From the NCBI GenBank assembly GCA_963712115.1, contig CAVQGX010000026.1, positions 32,001 through 96,000 of the forward strand: a DNA stretch of 64,000 bases, given 5' to 3'. This DNA is from an uncultured delta proteobacterium (lineage in GTDB: Bacteria; Desulfobacterota; Syntrophobacteria; BM002). This document shows positions 19,911-31,275 of the stretch, one piece after another. Under the pieces are notes generated by a model. That model did no database searches, had not been told where the DNA came from, and saw only the letters and a list, made by a program, of their open reading frames with translations. Numbering within the stretch: position 1 is the first letter of the stretch; each line of letters starts with the position of its first letter. Both the position numbers and the translations under genes were made by a program.

Positions 19911-21317
19911 TTGATTTTTCTGGTGATATTCGTGATCTCAGCCGGGTGGTCGACTGGAAAGGCACGTGCTGAATTCTCAATTGAGGATGAAAAAAAGCTT
20001 GGAGAGAAGTTTCTCCAAGCAGTCCTGCGACAGCTCAGATTGGTTGAGGACCCGGAGGTGGTTGGTTACGTAGACAGGGTGGGGCAGACCGTAGTTGATC
20101 ACCTTGAGGTTCATACCTTTCCTTATCATTTTTACGTGGTGGACAGCAGTGCCCTCAACGCCTTCGCGGCTCCGGCAGGGCACGTGTTCATGAACCGCGG
20201 CCTCATAGAAATCATGGACGATGAAGGAGAGCTGGCCGCGATCCTGGCTCACGAAATCGCCCACGTCCAGTCCCGGCATATTGCCCAGCGTATGGCCAGG
20301 GCGCAAAAACTGAGCATAGCTTCTCTCGGTGGCCTTCTGGCCGGAATCCTTTTGGGCGGCGAGGCTGGGGCGGCGATTATTGCTGGTAGTCAGGCGGGCG
20401 CCACCTCGGCAATGCTCAATTACAGCCGCCAGGATGAAGAGGAAGCGGACCGCAAGGGGCTTCGCTATCTGGAAGCGGCTGACTATCATGGTGAGGATTT
20501 TGTAATTATCATGAAAAAAATGGGCCAGGACAGCTGGAAAGCTGGCGGCCATATACCTACCTATCTCACCACCCACCCGGGAGTACCCGAACGTGTCGCC
20601 TACCTGGCCACAACAGTGGAGACAAGGCCCAAGTCTTCCCAAGCCACTAAGAAAGGTAGTAATAACTCTGACGCCTTCCTGTTAATGCAGACTAAGCTCT
20701 ATGGTGGTTACGAAAACCCCGCGGAGGCCTCAGCCAAGTTTCGCGAATGGCTTGAAAGACCTGAAACCAAACCGATGGCCTACTATGGGATGGGTCTGCT
20801 GCAAAGGAGGCAAAGGATGATGCAAGAAGCTGTCGATTCTCTTAAGAGCGCCATTAATCTGCGTCCGGATCTAGTCCCCATCTTGGTGGAACTAGGAGAG
20901 ACCTACTTCCAGATGGGCGAATTTGATAAGGCTAACTCAGTGGTGTCTTCGGCCCTCATCCTGGAACCGGATCAAGAGATGGCCCTCTATGTCTTGGGCC
21001 GCACCCAATTGGAGCAGGGTAGAGCGGCAGAAGCAAGCAAGAACCTGGCACGAGCAGCCCGGGTCAATGATAGGTTGCCGGCCATCCACTACTATCTCGG
21101 ACTAGCTTACGGCAGGTTGAATCAACTGGCGGAAGCGCACTACCAGTTCGGGATTCATTACAGGCGTGAGGGATCTTTGAAGAATGCACAGTTTCACTTC
21201 ATGGAAGCTTTGCGGTATGCCGATAGTCCCAACCGGAAAGAGGCTATCGAAAAACAACTGCAGCAGTTGAAGGGAGAGATTAAAGAAGAACAGCGAGAGA
21301 ATAATAAAAGCCGGTGA
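19911..21317 (+). CDS. M48 metalloprotease with TPRs (BepA/YfgC-like)
   Basis: NAFAAPAG, HEIAH, YSRQDEEEAD and THP motifs plus TPRs. The true start may be ATG 19883 if a 1-nt insertion is an error. Confidence 0.92.
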   Translation: MIFLVIFVISAGWSTGKARAEFSIEDEKKLGEKFLQAVLRQLRLVEDPEVVGYVDRVGQTVVDHLEVHTFPYHFYVVDSSALNAFAAPAGHVFMNRGLIEIMDDEGELAAILAHEIAHVQSRHIAQRMARAQKLSIASLGGLLAGILLGGEAGAAIIAGSQAGATSAMLNYSRQDEEEADRKGLRYLEAADYHGEDFVIIMKKMGQDSWKAGGHIPTYLTTHPGVPERVAYLATTVETRPKSSQATKKGSNNSDAFLLMQTKLYGGYENPAEASAKFREWLERPETKPMAYYGMGLLQRRQRMMQEAVDSLKSAINLRPDLVPILVELGETYFQMGEFDKANSVVSSALILEPDQEMALYVLGRTQLEQGRAAEASKNLARAARVNDRLPAIHYYLGLAYGRLNQLAEAHYQFGIHYRREGSLKNAQFHFMEALRYADSPNRKEAIEKQLQQLKGEIKEEQRENNKSR

Positions 21318-21319
21318 AA

Positions 21320-23385
21320 TTAGAAAAAGAGTTCTTTCTTCTCCACCAGAGAGTCAAAGTGGGAAAATTGCATAGTGAAAGTGGCGCGCCCCTGACTGGC
21401 CGAGCGCAATGCAGTTGAGTAGCCAAACATCTGAGAAAGAGCCACGGTGGCGTGGATAATTTTCACAGAACGTCGGGAGTGGATTCCTTCAATCTTCCCC
21501 TTCCTTATGTTGAGGTCATTGATGACTTCGCCGGTGAATTCTTCAGGAACAATAATTTCAACCGACATGATGGGCTCGAGTAGCTGAGGTTGTGCCTTTC
21601 TGCAACCTTCCTGGAGGGCAGTTGATGCAGCCACCTTAAAGGCGAGTTCACTGGCGGTCTGTTCTTTGTAGATCCCGCCGATTACTGCCACTTCTACATC
21701 CACTACCGGATACCCCGCGATTACACCACTTTCAAATGATTCCACCACCCCTTCCTCCACAGCAGGGATTAAGGATTTCGGTAAGGAGCCATCCCTAACC
21801 AAGTCGCGGAAGAGGTTGCCCTTGCCCCTGGGCCTAGGCTCCAGATGCAGTTCAACCTGGGCATAGTGAGGGACCCCTGCAATCTCTCGGTCAAAACTTG
21901 ACTTCGACCTCAGCAGACCTTAGTAATAGTTTCACGATAGACTACCTGAGGCTTTCCCACATTAACCTGGATGGCATATTCTCTGAGCAGTCTATTAACC
22001 AGGATATCCAGGTGGAGTTCACCCATTCCTGAGATAATGGTCTGGCCGGTGTCTGGATCTTGGCGAAAGTGGAAAGTGGGGTCCTCTTCCGCCAGTTTCT
22101 CCAGGGACTGAATAGTCTTGTCCTCATCGGCGCGAGTACGAGGCTCCATGGCAATGGAAATTACCGGTTCATAGAACTCGATGTGTTCCAGCAAGATAGG
22201 TTTATTTGGCGCGCAAATGGTATCCCCAGTGGTGGTTGACTTGAGACCAACCATGGCTACGATTTCGCCAGCGCCAGCCTTGGCCCGTCTTTCCCGCTTG
22301 TTTGCATGCATCTGAAAAATCCGGGCGACCTTCTCTTTCTGCTTGCGGTTGACATTGTAGACTTCGGCTCCTGCAGAGACCGTACCTGAGTATACTCTTA
22401 CATAGGTGAGTTTCCGTCCCTGATCCATTTGAATTTTGAAGGCGAGCCCGGCAAAAGGTTCATTGTCACTGCTGGCGCGGGTTTCTTTTTCTCTGGTCTC
22501 AGGGTGCTGTCCCGACACAGCTTCAACATCCAAGGGGCTGGGAAGGAAATCAATAATGGCATCCAACAGCAGTTGGATTCCTTTGTTTTTGAGGGCACTA
22601 CCGCACAGGACTGGAACCATTTTCAGCTTTAGAGTGGCCTGACGAACTACCGGCAGGAGATCCTCCGGCTCAAGAACCTCATCGGCCAAGTATTTTTCCA
22701 TTATGGTATCATCAAGCTCTGCAAGGGATTCGAGGAGTTCTGTACGATTTGCTCTTGCCTGTTCCTCGTATTCGGGGGGAATTGCCGTGAATTCGTAGGC
22801 GAGGCCGAGGGTGGACTCATCCCAGAGCACTGCCTGCATCCTAAGCAAATCGATAACCCCGACGAAGTCTGCTTCTGATCCCATGGGTATCTGTAGAACA
22901 AGTGGTCGGGTACCGAGCTTGTCTCGCATCTGATCCACGGCGCCAGTGAAGTCTGCACCCAGTCGGTCCATTTTGTTTATGAAGGCGATCTTGGGAACCC
23001 GATATTTGTCAGCTTGGTGCCAAACTGTCTCAGACTGTGGTTCTACCCCTCCAACAGCACAAAAAACTCCAATGGCACCATCGAGAACTCGAAGAGATCG
23101 CTCCACCTCAATGGTGAAGTCCACGTGCCCAGGCGTGTCAATGAGGTGGAATTCGTAATCTCGCCACAAACAGGTAGTAACTGCTGAGGTAATAGTTATA
23201 CCCCGTTCTTGCTCCTGCTCCATCCAGTCCATGACCGCTTCGCCGTCATGGACTTCCCCCATTTTATGCGATTTGCCGGTGTAGTAGAGGATGCGCTCGG
23301 TGACTGTGGTCTTACCAGCATCTATGTGGGCTATGATGCCAATATTGCGTGTTTTTTGCAGTCGTTTGACTCCGGACATAACCAT
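21320..23385 (-). CDS. fusA: Elongation factor G (stand-alone paralogue), broken by two 1-nt insertions near 21890-21920
   Basis: [23 protein letters not shown] and GMGELHL; domains IV-V lie in the second ORF. Removing one G and one T restores [18 protein letters not shown]. Confidence 0.9.
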
Positions 23386-23529
23386 TCACCGGTGCGAAGA
23401 TTTTGGCAGCCCTCTAAAGACAGGGGGCTTTTTACCTCTTCTACTGTTTCCGCCGCTCACGGAACAATGGAATACTGAAAGATGGAATTTCCAACATTCC
23501 ATTGGCCCAGAGGGGTGAAGTTCTTCCTT

Positions 23530-24123
23530 TCATCGGACAAGTAAAAGGTTGGCCGTTTTGGCTTGTCGAATGTCCAAATGACCGCTCAAAGTTGATGCTG
23601 GCTTACCTTCAAAGAGCAATTGCACCCGTTCAACTTGTTCCAGATTCAGAACGAGTGAGTTTACAATTGTATACAGGGTGAGCCGTTCCGCCGTGATCCC
23701 GCCAGGATGAAGACGGGAGAGCTCTGAGCTAAAATCTAAATAGGCAGTCCCGTCATCTGTGACAAATATATGGAGCAAGCGTGACCCAGCTGGGATGGTG
23801 GAAACAAGTTTGGGGTCATCGGGCCCCTCCAAAAGAGCAGCTATTATGGCCTCGATGGCAGAAATGGTGTCTTCGGCCAGTATTTTTCTCTCCTCGGCCT
23901 GGAGATAATTCCCTTTTCGGTCGGCAAAATAAAGGTGGACTTTCCTGGTTATGGCCTCTTGAACTGAGATTGAGTCGCTCACCCTTGAAGAGGGGCTGAC
24001 TGACTCGGATCTGGGTAAAAATAGTTTCCCTAAAAAGAAGGACGCACCAAAGCCCAGCAAAATTGCAACTACGAGGAGCAGCCAAAATCGACCTTTCCGC
24101 TTGGATACTAACTTCAAGCCCAT
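23530..24123 (-). CDS. GerMN domain membrane protein
   Basis: N-terminal TM; LYF, LLEGP, AYLDFS and IVNSL motifs. Confidence 0.88.
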   Translation of the reverse strand: MGLKLVSKRKGRFWLLLVVAILLGFGASFFLGKLFLPRSESVSPSSRVSDSISVQEAITRKVHLYFADRKGNYLQAEERKILAEDTISAIEAIIAALLEGPDDPKLVSTIPAGSRLLHIFVTDDGTAYLDFSSELSRLHPGGITAERLTLYTIVNSLVLNLEQVERVQLLFEGKPASTLSGHLDIRQAKTANLLLVR

Positions 24124-24143
24124 TTGCTCAAATCACACCTCTC

Positions 24144-24422
24144 TCACCCTTTGTTGACTCGCTCTTTGAGTTCTTTGCCAACCTTGAAAAAGGGGAGCTT
24201 CTTATTCTTTACTTGGATACTATCACCCGTCCTGGGATTGCGCCCCTGATAACCCTGATAAGATTTCACTTTGAAACTGCCAAAACCGCGGATCTCGATC
24301 CGATCTTCCTCTGTAAGTGCCCGCTCCATAATACCAAACACAGTTTTGACTACTAGCTCTGCCTCCTTAATGCTTACGCCCTCAGCAGCAGCAACTGCGG
24401 CGATAAGTTCACGCCTAGTCAT
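24144..24422 (-). CDS. ihfB: Integration host factor beta / HU family
   Basis: IEIRGFGSF, GRNPRTG and FKVGKELKERV. Confidence 0.88.
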   Translation of the reverse strand: MTRRELIAAVAAAEGVSIKEAELVVKTVFGIMERALTEEDRIEIRGFGSFKVKSYQGYQGRNPRTGDSIQVKNKKLPFFKVGKELKERVNKG

Positions 24423-24455
24423 ACAAAATCCTCCTTTTTTTGCTGTGCAGAAAGA

Positions 24456-25745
<1,290 letters not shown>

Positions 25746-25933
25746 CTATTAAGTTTCTTTTTAGCTTTAAAAAAACAAAAAAATCTACCATGCCAAGCTA
25801 CTTTTGTCAATGATATTTATTACTTCCGAGGGTGCCTCGCATCTATGCTTTCTCGCACATTATTGGTGAAATGGTCTCTTGTCGCTGGTATCAAAAGGAT
25901 TGATGGAGAAGTGCGAGAGGACAAAGGTTAATA

Positions 25934-25996
25934 GAAGGGACGGCCATATCCTCAGTCACGCCTCTCGGCGTTGATTGATCAGATAATCCGGGCTAG
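25934..25996 (+). mobile_element. Degenerate right end of the MITE family seen at 59993-60176
   Basis: Shares GGACGGCCATATCC and terminal ATCCGGGCTA with that element. Confidence 0.5.
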
Positions 25997-26009
25997 GAAT
26001 GCTAGTTTC

Positions 26010-27008
26010 CTAAAAGAGCTGCAGCTCCAGCTTAAGCAAACTGCTTCTTTGGCCTAAGGCGATAAGAGTATCGCCAATTTGAATAGTAGTGTGGGAAGCA
26101 GGGTTAAATAACATTGTGCCGTCGGCCTTTTTTATGGCCACAATAATTAGATCTAGCTCTTTACGGATACCTGAATCAACCAACGCCACATCTGCCAATT
26201 TACTTTGCGGTCTAACTGGAATCTCCTCCATCCCCATGCCAGTGCCTGGATCGTGGGTGGCAAAGTCAATAAACTCCGTGACGTTTGGCCGAAGCAAGGC
26301 CTGAGCCATTCGGTAGCCACCGATTTGGTGGGGCGACACCACGTGGTTGGCGCCCGCCTGCACAAGCTTTTTCTCAGAGCCTATTCTTCCGGCTCGGGCA
26401 ATTATGAATAGGTTTGGTTTCAGTCCTTTGGCGGTTAGGGTTATATAGACATTGTCTGCCTCTGAATCCAGGGCGGTTGCCAATCCCTTAGCACTTCGAA
26501 TACCAGCCTTGAGAAGGCATTGCTCCTCTGTGGCGTCGCCGAGTAAATATAGATGGCCGTCTTCTTCTATCTTGGCGGTAACAGTGCTGTCATTGTCGAT
26601 CACCACCAAGGGAGTTGGTTTGGATCTGTAGATTTCTTCGCAAATAATGCGGCCTACACGTCCATAACCGCAGATGATGATATGATTCTTAAGTTTTTCA
26701 ATCTGACGTTCCAATTTTTTCCTCCCCATAATTCGGAGCAGCTGTCCCTCAACCACGATCTGGGTGAGTGTACCGACAAGATAGCCCACCACACCTAAAC
26801 CCGAAATCAGAATGGTCATTGTTAGTATACGACCTTGGTCGCTAACTGGATTGACTTCGCTAAAGCCGACGGTGGTGAGAGTAATCACAGTCATGTAAAG
26901 AGAATCTAAAAAATTCCACTTCTCGAGAATCATGTAACCGACTGTACCCATGCTAACAACCAGAAATAGCATAACGGCAGCGAATATTAAGTTGCGGGTT
27001 TTTGTCAT
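26010..27008 (-). CDS. Potassium channel protein with RCK (TrkA-N/C) domains
   Basis: TTVGF filter and GYGRVG Rossmann motif. Confidence 0.93.
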   Translation of the reverse strand: MTKTRNLIFAAVMLFLVVSMGTVGYMILEKWNFLDSLYMTVITLTTVGFSEVNPVSDQGRILTMTILISGLGVVGYLVGTLTQIVVEGQLLRIMGRKKLERQIEKLKNHIIICGYGRVGRIICEEIYRSKPTPLVVIDNDSTVTAKIEEDGHLYLLGDATEEQCLLKAGIRSAKGLATALDSEADNVYITLTAKGLKPNLFIIARAGRIGSEKKLVQAGANHVVSPHQIGGYRMAQALLRPNVTEFIDFATHDPGTGMGMEEIPVRPQSKLADVALVDSGIRKELDLIIVAIKKADGTMLFNPASHTTIQIGDTLIALGQRSSLLKLELQLF

Positions 27009-27083
27009 AGTTTCGTCACGTGCAGGTTACCGTGGAAACCCCCTGTTTATAGTGGGTGACGCAGCAGACGACTGGTTATTTTG

Positions 27084-27785
27084 TCAGGCTGGTTGGGATG
27101 CGAGAATCTCCACACTATAGTCACTGAGCTGGGTCAGTTCGGGTAGATCGCCAAAAGGTACGGTGAAGGAGACCTCTTGACGGGATCCTATCTCCTGCGC
27201 CTGATCCTTGGTGGCGGGCTGAGTCTGAACAAAAGCCAGTAAATTTTCCAGGGGCATGCTCTGCAATTGCTGGTTAGATAGAATATTGCCGGCGTAAAAA
27301 TCCAGTTGCCGCGCCGTTTGACCGTCGCTGGTATAAATTTTGGCACGCAAGTGAATCCAGCGGAGAGGTTTGGGGAATTCGTTACGTACCCTCCCTTGGA
27401 TGACAAAAAGCTGCCCGGCATTCTGGTTGTCAACAAAGTAGCCGCGGGTTTCCACCAAATGAAGCTGCTCGATACCTGTGCTCTTCTCGACGGGTTTAGG
27501 CTTTAAGGGCCACGGTACATAGAGCCACAGAGCTATACTGCCTGCAATTAAGAGTAGTGGGATGAGGAAAAGGAGCAGACGTCTACTGGAGGTTTTTCGC
27601 CTTGAGGGTGGGGGGCTTTTCACCTCTTGAGAAACTAGTGCCGCCTCCATGACATCAAGCTTCTCAGGGCGTGAGACGGTGAAAACATGTTGGCAGCTGG
27701 AACAACGGACTCTGACAGCCGGCCGGTTGATGAGATCTGGATTTAGTTTGAATTTCTTGTTGCACTGTTCACACTGAACAATCAT
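27084..27785 (-). CDS. MJ0042-type zinc-ribbon / DUF3426-like membrane protein
   Basis: CEQC...VRCSSC..F, a TM helix, and LFVIQGRVRN. Confidence 0.85.
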   Translation of the reverse strand: MIVQCEQCNKKFKLNPDLINRPAVRVRCSSCQHVFTVSRPEKLDVMEAALVSQEVKSPPPSRRKTSSRRLLLFLIPLLLIAGSIALWLYVPWPLKPKPVEKSTGIEQLHLVETRGYFVDNQNAGQLFVIQGRVRNEFPKPLRWIHLRAKIYTSDGQTARQLDFYAGNILSNQQLQSMPLENLLAFVQTQPATKDQAQEIGSRQEVSFTVPFGDLPELTQLSDYSVEILASQPA

Positions 27786-27836
27786 ACCTAGACCTCGTTG
27801 CTTTCGATACGGTCCGTGTGACGGCGTAAACTTGGG

Positions 27837-28361
27837 CTACAAAATCAGCTCATAAATGCCAGGTAGCTGGCGGTTGGCTTCATTGCAGTCTAGGCCATAG
27901 CCAACAACGAAGCCCTTTTCCAGCTGCAATCCAACGTACTCCAGCGGGATGGACACGGTGCGCCGCTCTCTCTTATCTAAGAGGGTACAAATCTTCACCG
28001 AACGCGGCTTTTTGCTTGCCAGGTGTTTTTTCAAAAATGCCGTAGTTAGTCCAGAGTCTACAATGTCCTCCACAATAAGGACGTCACGACCCTGCAAATC
28101 AAGTTCAACATCTGTGGTGATTCTAATCTTGCCGCTTGACTCTGTGCCAGGACCGTAACTGGCCACTCGAATAAAGTCCAACTGTACTGGTATGGTCAGT
28201 TGGCGCACCAGATCAGCAAGAAAGATAAAAGCACCTTTGAGAACCCCTATGAGTACAACCTCTTTGCCCTCATAGTCTTGAGAGATCCGGTTTGCCAGCT
28301 GTTGAACCTGACGGGCAATTTTTTCGGCGGTAAATACCACACGCTTTTCGTGCTTATTCAT
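27837..28361 (-). CDS. hpt: Hypoxanthine phosphoribosyltransferase
   Basis: VLIVEDIVDSGLT and FVVGYGLD. Confidence 0.95.
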   Translation of the reverse strand: MNKHEKRVVFTAEKIARQVQQLANRISQDYEGKEVVLIGVLKGAFIFLADLVRQLTIPVQLDFIRVASYGPGTESSGKIRITTDVELDLQGRDVLIVEDIVDSGLTTAFLKKHLASKKPRSVKICTLLDKRERRTVSIPLEYVGLQLEKGFVVGYGLDCNEANRQLPGIYELIL

Positions 28362-28466
28362 ACTCCGACCTGTGGCCGCTGGCAGAAGACTCAATTATCC
28401 CGCATCTATAACTAGCTTAGATATGAGGATCTTGTCAACTATTTTGAAAACTTAGGCGTTCTAGTC

Positions 28467-28579
28467 ACTAGATACTGGATACAAGGCAGCAACAAATCTC
28501 CCATACGTCTTGACCCAGGGAAAATCGCAAATGTATCATCTAGCATCCAGCATCCAGTATCAAGCATCGAGCATCCAGC
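28467..28579. repeat. GATACTR/YAGYATC heptamer array
   Basis: CTAGATA-CTGGATA facing TAGCATC-CAGCATC-CAGTATC-AAGCATC-GAGCATC; the same family occurs at 57618-57690. Confidence 0.7.
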
Positions 28580-28589
28580 TCATTTCACA

Positions 28590-28618
28590 TTGACATCTCG
28601 GGGCTAGAGTTGCTACTT
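28590..28618 (+). promoter_or_regulatory. Putative sigma70 promoter for the NtrC-type gene
   Basis: TTGACA-N17-TACTTT. Confidence 0.55.
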
Positions 28619-28672
28619 TCAGACCAGTGAGGCAACAAACTGCCAACTCCCATTGGTAGACGTTGTCAGGCA

Positions 28673-28813
28673 TAACCGCAGAGATCACAAAAGGATAATT
28701 TGAGATTTTAGATTGTAAGATTGCAGATTGCGAAATTCTCTAGTTCCTACTTTTGTCAATCTGCAATCTTCAATCTACAATCTCAAATTATCCTTTTGCG
28801 ATCTCTGTGGTTA
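28673..28813. repeat. Near-perfect 141-nt palindrome with a GATTGCA heptamer core
   Basis: Arms of about 58 nt differ at about 4 positions. Confidence 0.9.
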
Positions 28814-28876
28814 AATTCCCTCCTTCGATGGTGGGTTGGGCTGGAGCGAAGAACAGCGCAGAACTGTGATAGAGAT

Positions 28877-30280
28877 ATGAGTAAGGATAAATCCATAAAA
28901 GCCAAGATCCTTGTTGTTGATGACGAACAGGGGGCTAGGGATGCCCTACAGGTCATTCTTGAGGATGATTATGAGGTGACCACTGCTGCTGGTGGGCAGG
29001 AGGCAATCGCATATTGTGAGGGTTTTGATTACGATTTAGTTTTTTTGGACGTCGCCATGCCAGAGCTTGATGGCATTGCCACCTTAAGAAGGCTTCGCAC
29101 CATGGACGAGCCCATGGACGTTGTTATGATCTCAGCATCGGACAAAGCGGACAAGGCGGTGGAGTCTATCAAGCTTGGTGCTTATGACTATATCACCAAG
29201 CCTTTTGAGCCTGACGATATACTATCGGCGGTGGATCGGGTTCTGGAGAAACAAACCTTGCAGAGAGAAGTCCGTTATCTGCGCTCTGAAATAGCCCACA
29301 GATATGGGGAACTGGAGATTGTGACAAGGGATTCAACGGTACTGGATATCTTGCAACTTGTAAACAAGGTGGCAAGCGCCGCTAGTTCCGTTCTTATTAC
29401 CGGCGAAAGCGGCACTGGCAAAGAACTGATAGCCAGATCGCTGCACCAGCACGGCGACCGCTGCAAGGCTCCTTTTGTGGCGATTAATTGTGCTGCAATT
29501 CCCAGTGAACTAATGGAGAGCCAACTTTTCGGCCACGAAAAAGGGGCTTTCACCGGGGCCCACACTCGCACCATTGGGAAGTTCGAGCACGCCAATGGCG
29601 GGACCATTTTTTTGGATGAGATTTCGGCCCTTCGCCCTGAGCTGCAGGCGAAACTCCTCCGGGTTATCCAGGACAAAGAGATCGTGCGGCTCGGCAGTAA
29701 CCGGACTATAAAAGTGAACGTCCGTATCCTGGCCGCTACTAATACCAATCTGGAGGACCTTATAGAGGAGGGCAGCTTTCGGCGGGATCTCTACTTTCGG
29801 CTCAATGTCATCCCCATTTATCTCCCGCCTTTGCGCGAGCGGGAAGGCGATGTAAGACTCCTGGCTCAACACTTCCTTAACAGGTTCAACCTGCAGCTGA
29901 AGCGGGAAATGAAGGGTTTTACCGACAAGGCTATTGAAACCCTAGAGCGCTACCCGTGGCCCGGGAACATCCGTGAGTTGGAAAATTTGATCGAGAGACT
30001 GGTCGTACTGGGACGGGAGGGCGACTACATATCATATGAAGACCTGCCATTGGAAATCCTCCTGGATTCCAGCCTTATGACAGAGACTCCCCCCTTGGGA
30101 GATGGATTGCTTCAGGCCCGGGACAATTTCGAGAAGCAATACATCCTCAAAGCCCTGAAAAAGGCGGAGTGGAATCAGAGCGAAGCCGCCCGCATTCTCA
30201 GAATTCATCGGAATACCCTAATCCAAAAAATGAAATCCCTGGCGATCAAGGAATCACCTTCCGCAAGCCCCGCTAAATAG
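28877..30280 (+). CDS. Sigma54-dependent response regulator (REC-AAA+-HTH, NtrC/AtoC family)
   Basis: VVDD..FLD..KPF receiver; GESGTGKE, GAFTGA and WPGNIREL; Fis-type HTH. Confidence 0.96.
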   Translation: MSKDKSIKAKILVVDDEQGARDALQVILEDDYEVTTAAGGQEAIAYCEGFDYDLVFLDVAMPELDGIATLRRLRTMDEPMDVVMISASDKADKAVESIKLGAYDYITKPFEPDDILSAVDRVLEKQTLQREVRYLRSEIAHRYGELEIVTRDSTVLDILQLVNKVASAASSVLITGESGTGKELIARSLHQHGDRCKAPFVAINCAAIPSELMESQLFGHEKGAFTGAHTRTIGKFEHANGGTIFLDEISALRPELQAKLLRVIQDKEIVRLGSNRTIKVNVRILAATNTNLEDLIEEGSFRRDLYFRLNVIPIYLPPLREREGDVRLLAQHFLNRFNLQLKREMKGFTDKAIETLERYPWPGNIRELENLIERLVVLGREGDYISYEDLPLEILLDSSLMTETPPLGDGLLQARDNFEKQYILKALKKAEWNQSEAARILRIHRNTLIQKMKSLAIKESPSASPAK

Positions 30281-30325
30281 TCTTCCTCCTCAATTCACCT
30301 AGCATGACTAGTCACTCGGCAGTAA

Positions 30326-30695
30326 ACACTAGGCACAAAGGCGGTGAGAAGTCAGAGGTCGGAAGTCGGAGGTCAGCAAGGACAGACGACAGAGGTCGGA
30401 GGTCACGTCTGATAATCTAAGATAAAGAGTCTACTAGCTAATAGTCAGTAGGAGTGGCATAGGGCATAGAGTAAATCCCCATGCCTAAAGCCCCTAACTC
30501 TAGGCGCTCTGCGCTCTACGCTTTGCGTCTGTAACAACGGACTACGGACCACGGACAACTGACAAAAAGCCAGATGCCCGCTGCCTGTTTAGCCGGTTTA
30601 GCCGTTGGCCATCAGCCCAGAAAAGAATTCCACCTTCCGCGTTCCGACTTCCGCCGTTAAATCCTCGTTTCGCCCGACCTCCCGTTTCGCCGGAG
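30326..30695. repeat. Composite heptamer/octamer array
   Basis: GTCRGAR, GCATAGR, GCTCTRC, ACNACGG, TTTAGCCG, TTCCGMN and GTTTCGCC blocks. Confidence 0.75.
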
Positions 30696-30714
30696 TGCTT
30701 TGCACTCTGCGAAC

Positions 30715-30751
30715 TGCACATTAGCCTGGGCAATGCACAAGATCATGTGCA
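30715..30751. promoter_or_regulatory. Putative tandem enhancer (UAS) for the sigma54 activator
   Basis: TGCACA-N6-TGGGCA and TGCACAAGATCATGTGCA; 14/18 match at 34818-34835. Confidence 0.55.
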
Positions 30752-30937
30752 GTGGCTAGACAAAGCCTGAACTCTTCACAACCTTCCATGGGTAATGCTC
30801 TATATTTTCCAGGCCAGACTATCTTAGACACTGTGCAAACCTATCTGGCAACTAGGAATTTGTCTTCTCTCCAACTGCAATTAATTATTCTGTAATCTCA
30901 TAAGTATAGACGCCAATTCCTCCCCTATTGTCCCCTC

Positions 30938-30953
30938 TGGTACCGACCTTGCT
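30938..30953 (+). promoter_or_regulatory. sigma54 -24/-12 promoter
   Basis: TGGTAC-CGACC-TTGCT with correct GG-N10-GC spacing. Confidence 0.7.
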
Positions 30954-31017
30954 CTTACTCCCCCCATCTCAGAAACGGGGCACAAATCCTTTACACATAT
31001 GAGAGGAGGGAGAGGCA

Positions 31018-31120
31018 ATGAAAAAGACTAAGAGGATTTTGCTGCAACTACTCATTACTGGAAGCATTATTGCTATGTATGTTCTGCCGGCGCTGGCAAG
31101 CAGGGGGCGGGGGCGCCTAA
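31018..31120 (+). CDS. Small signal-peptide precursor (33 aa if a 1-nt insertion is corrected; 63 aa to 31209 as written)
   Basis: Strong RBS GAGGAGG; MKKTKR-hydrophobic-PALA signal sequence; then GGG GGC GGG GGC GCC TAA one base out of frame; terminator directly after. Confidence 0.65.
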
Positions 31121-31151
31121 TCACGACCAACGTGTGGTTGGTTGGTGTAAG

Positions 31152-31184
31152 AAGCATAGTCCTTTGGGGCTGTGCTTTTTTTTT
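31152..31184 (+). terminator. Intrinsic terminator after the peptide gene
   Basis: AAGCATAGTCC-loop-GGGCTGTGCTT followed by a T-run. Confidence 0.8.
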
Positions 31185-31275
31185 GCAAACTGTCGGAAAG
31201 CTGGTATAGTAAGTATTTCATAGAGCCAAGATAGACGTCTAATTGGTAGACAAATCAGACACGGGATTAAAGCTC

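Noticed and set aside
21885-21925. Programmed frameshift or selenocysteine readthrough at the fusA TGA
   Set aside because: Two separate indels are needed, the downstream part is in another frame, and there is no slippery site or SECIS-like hairpin.
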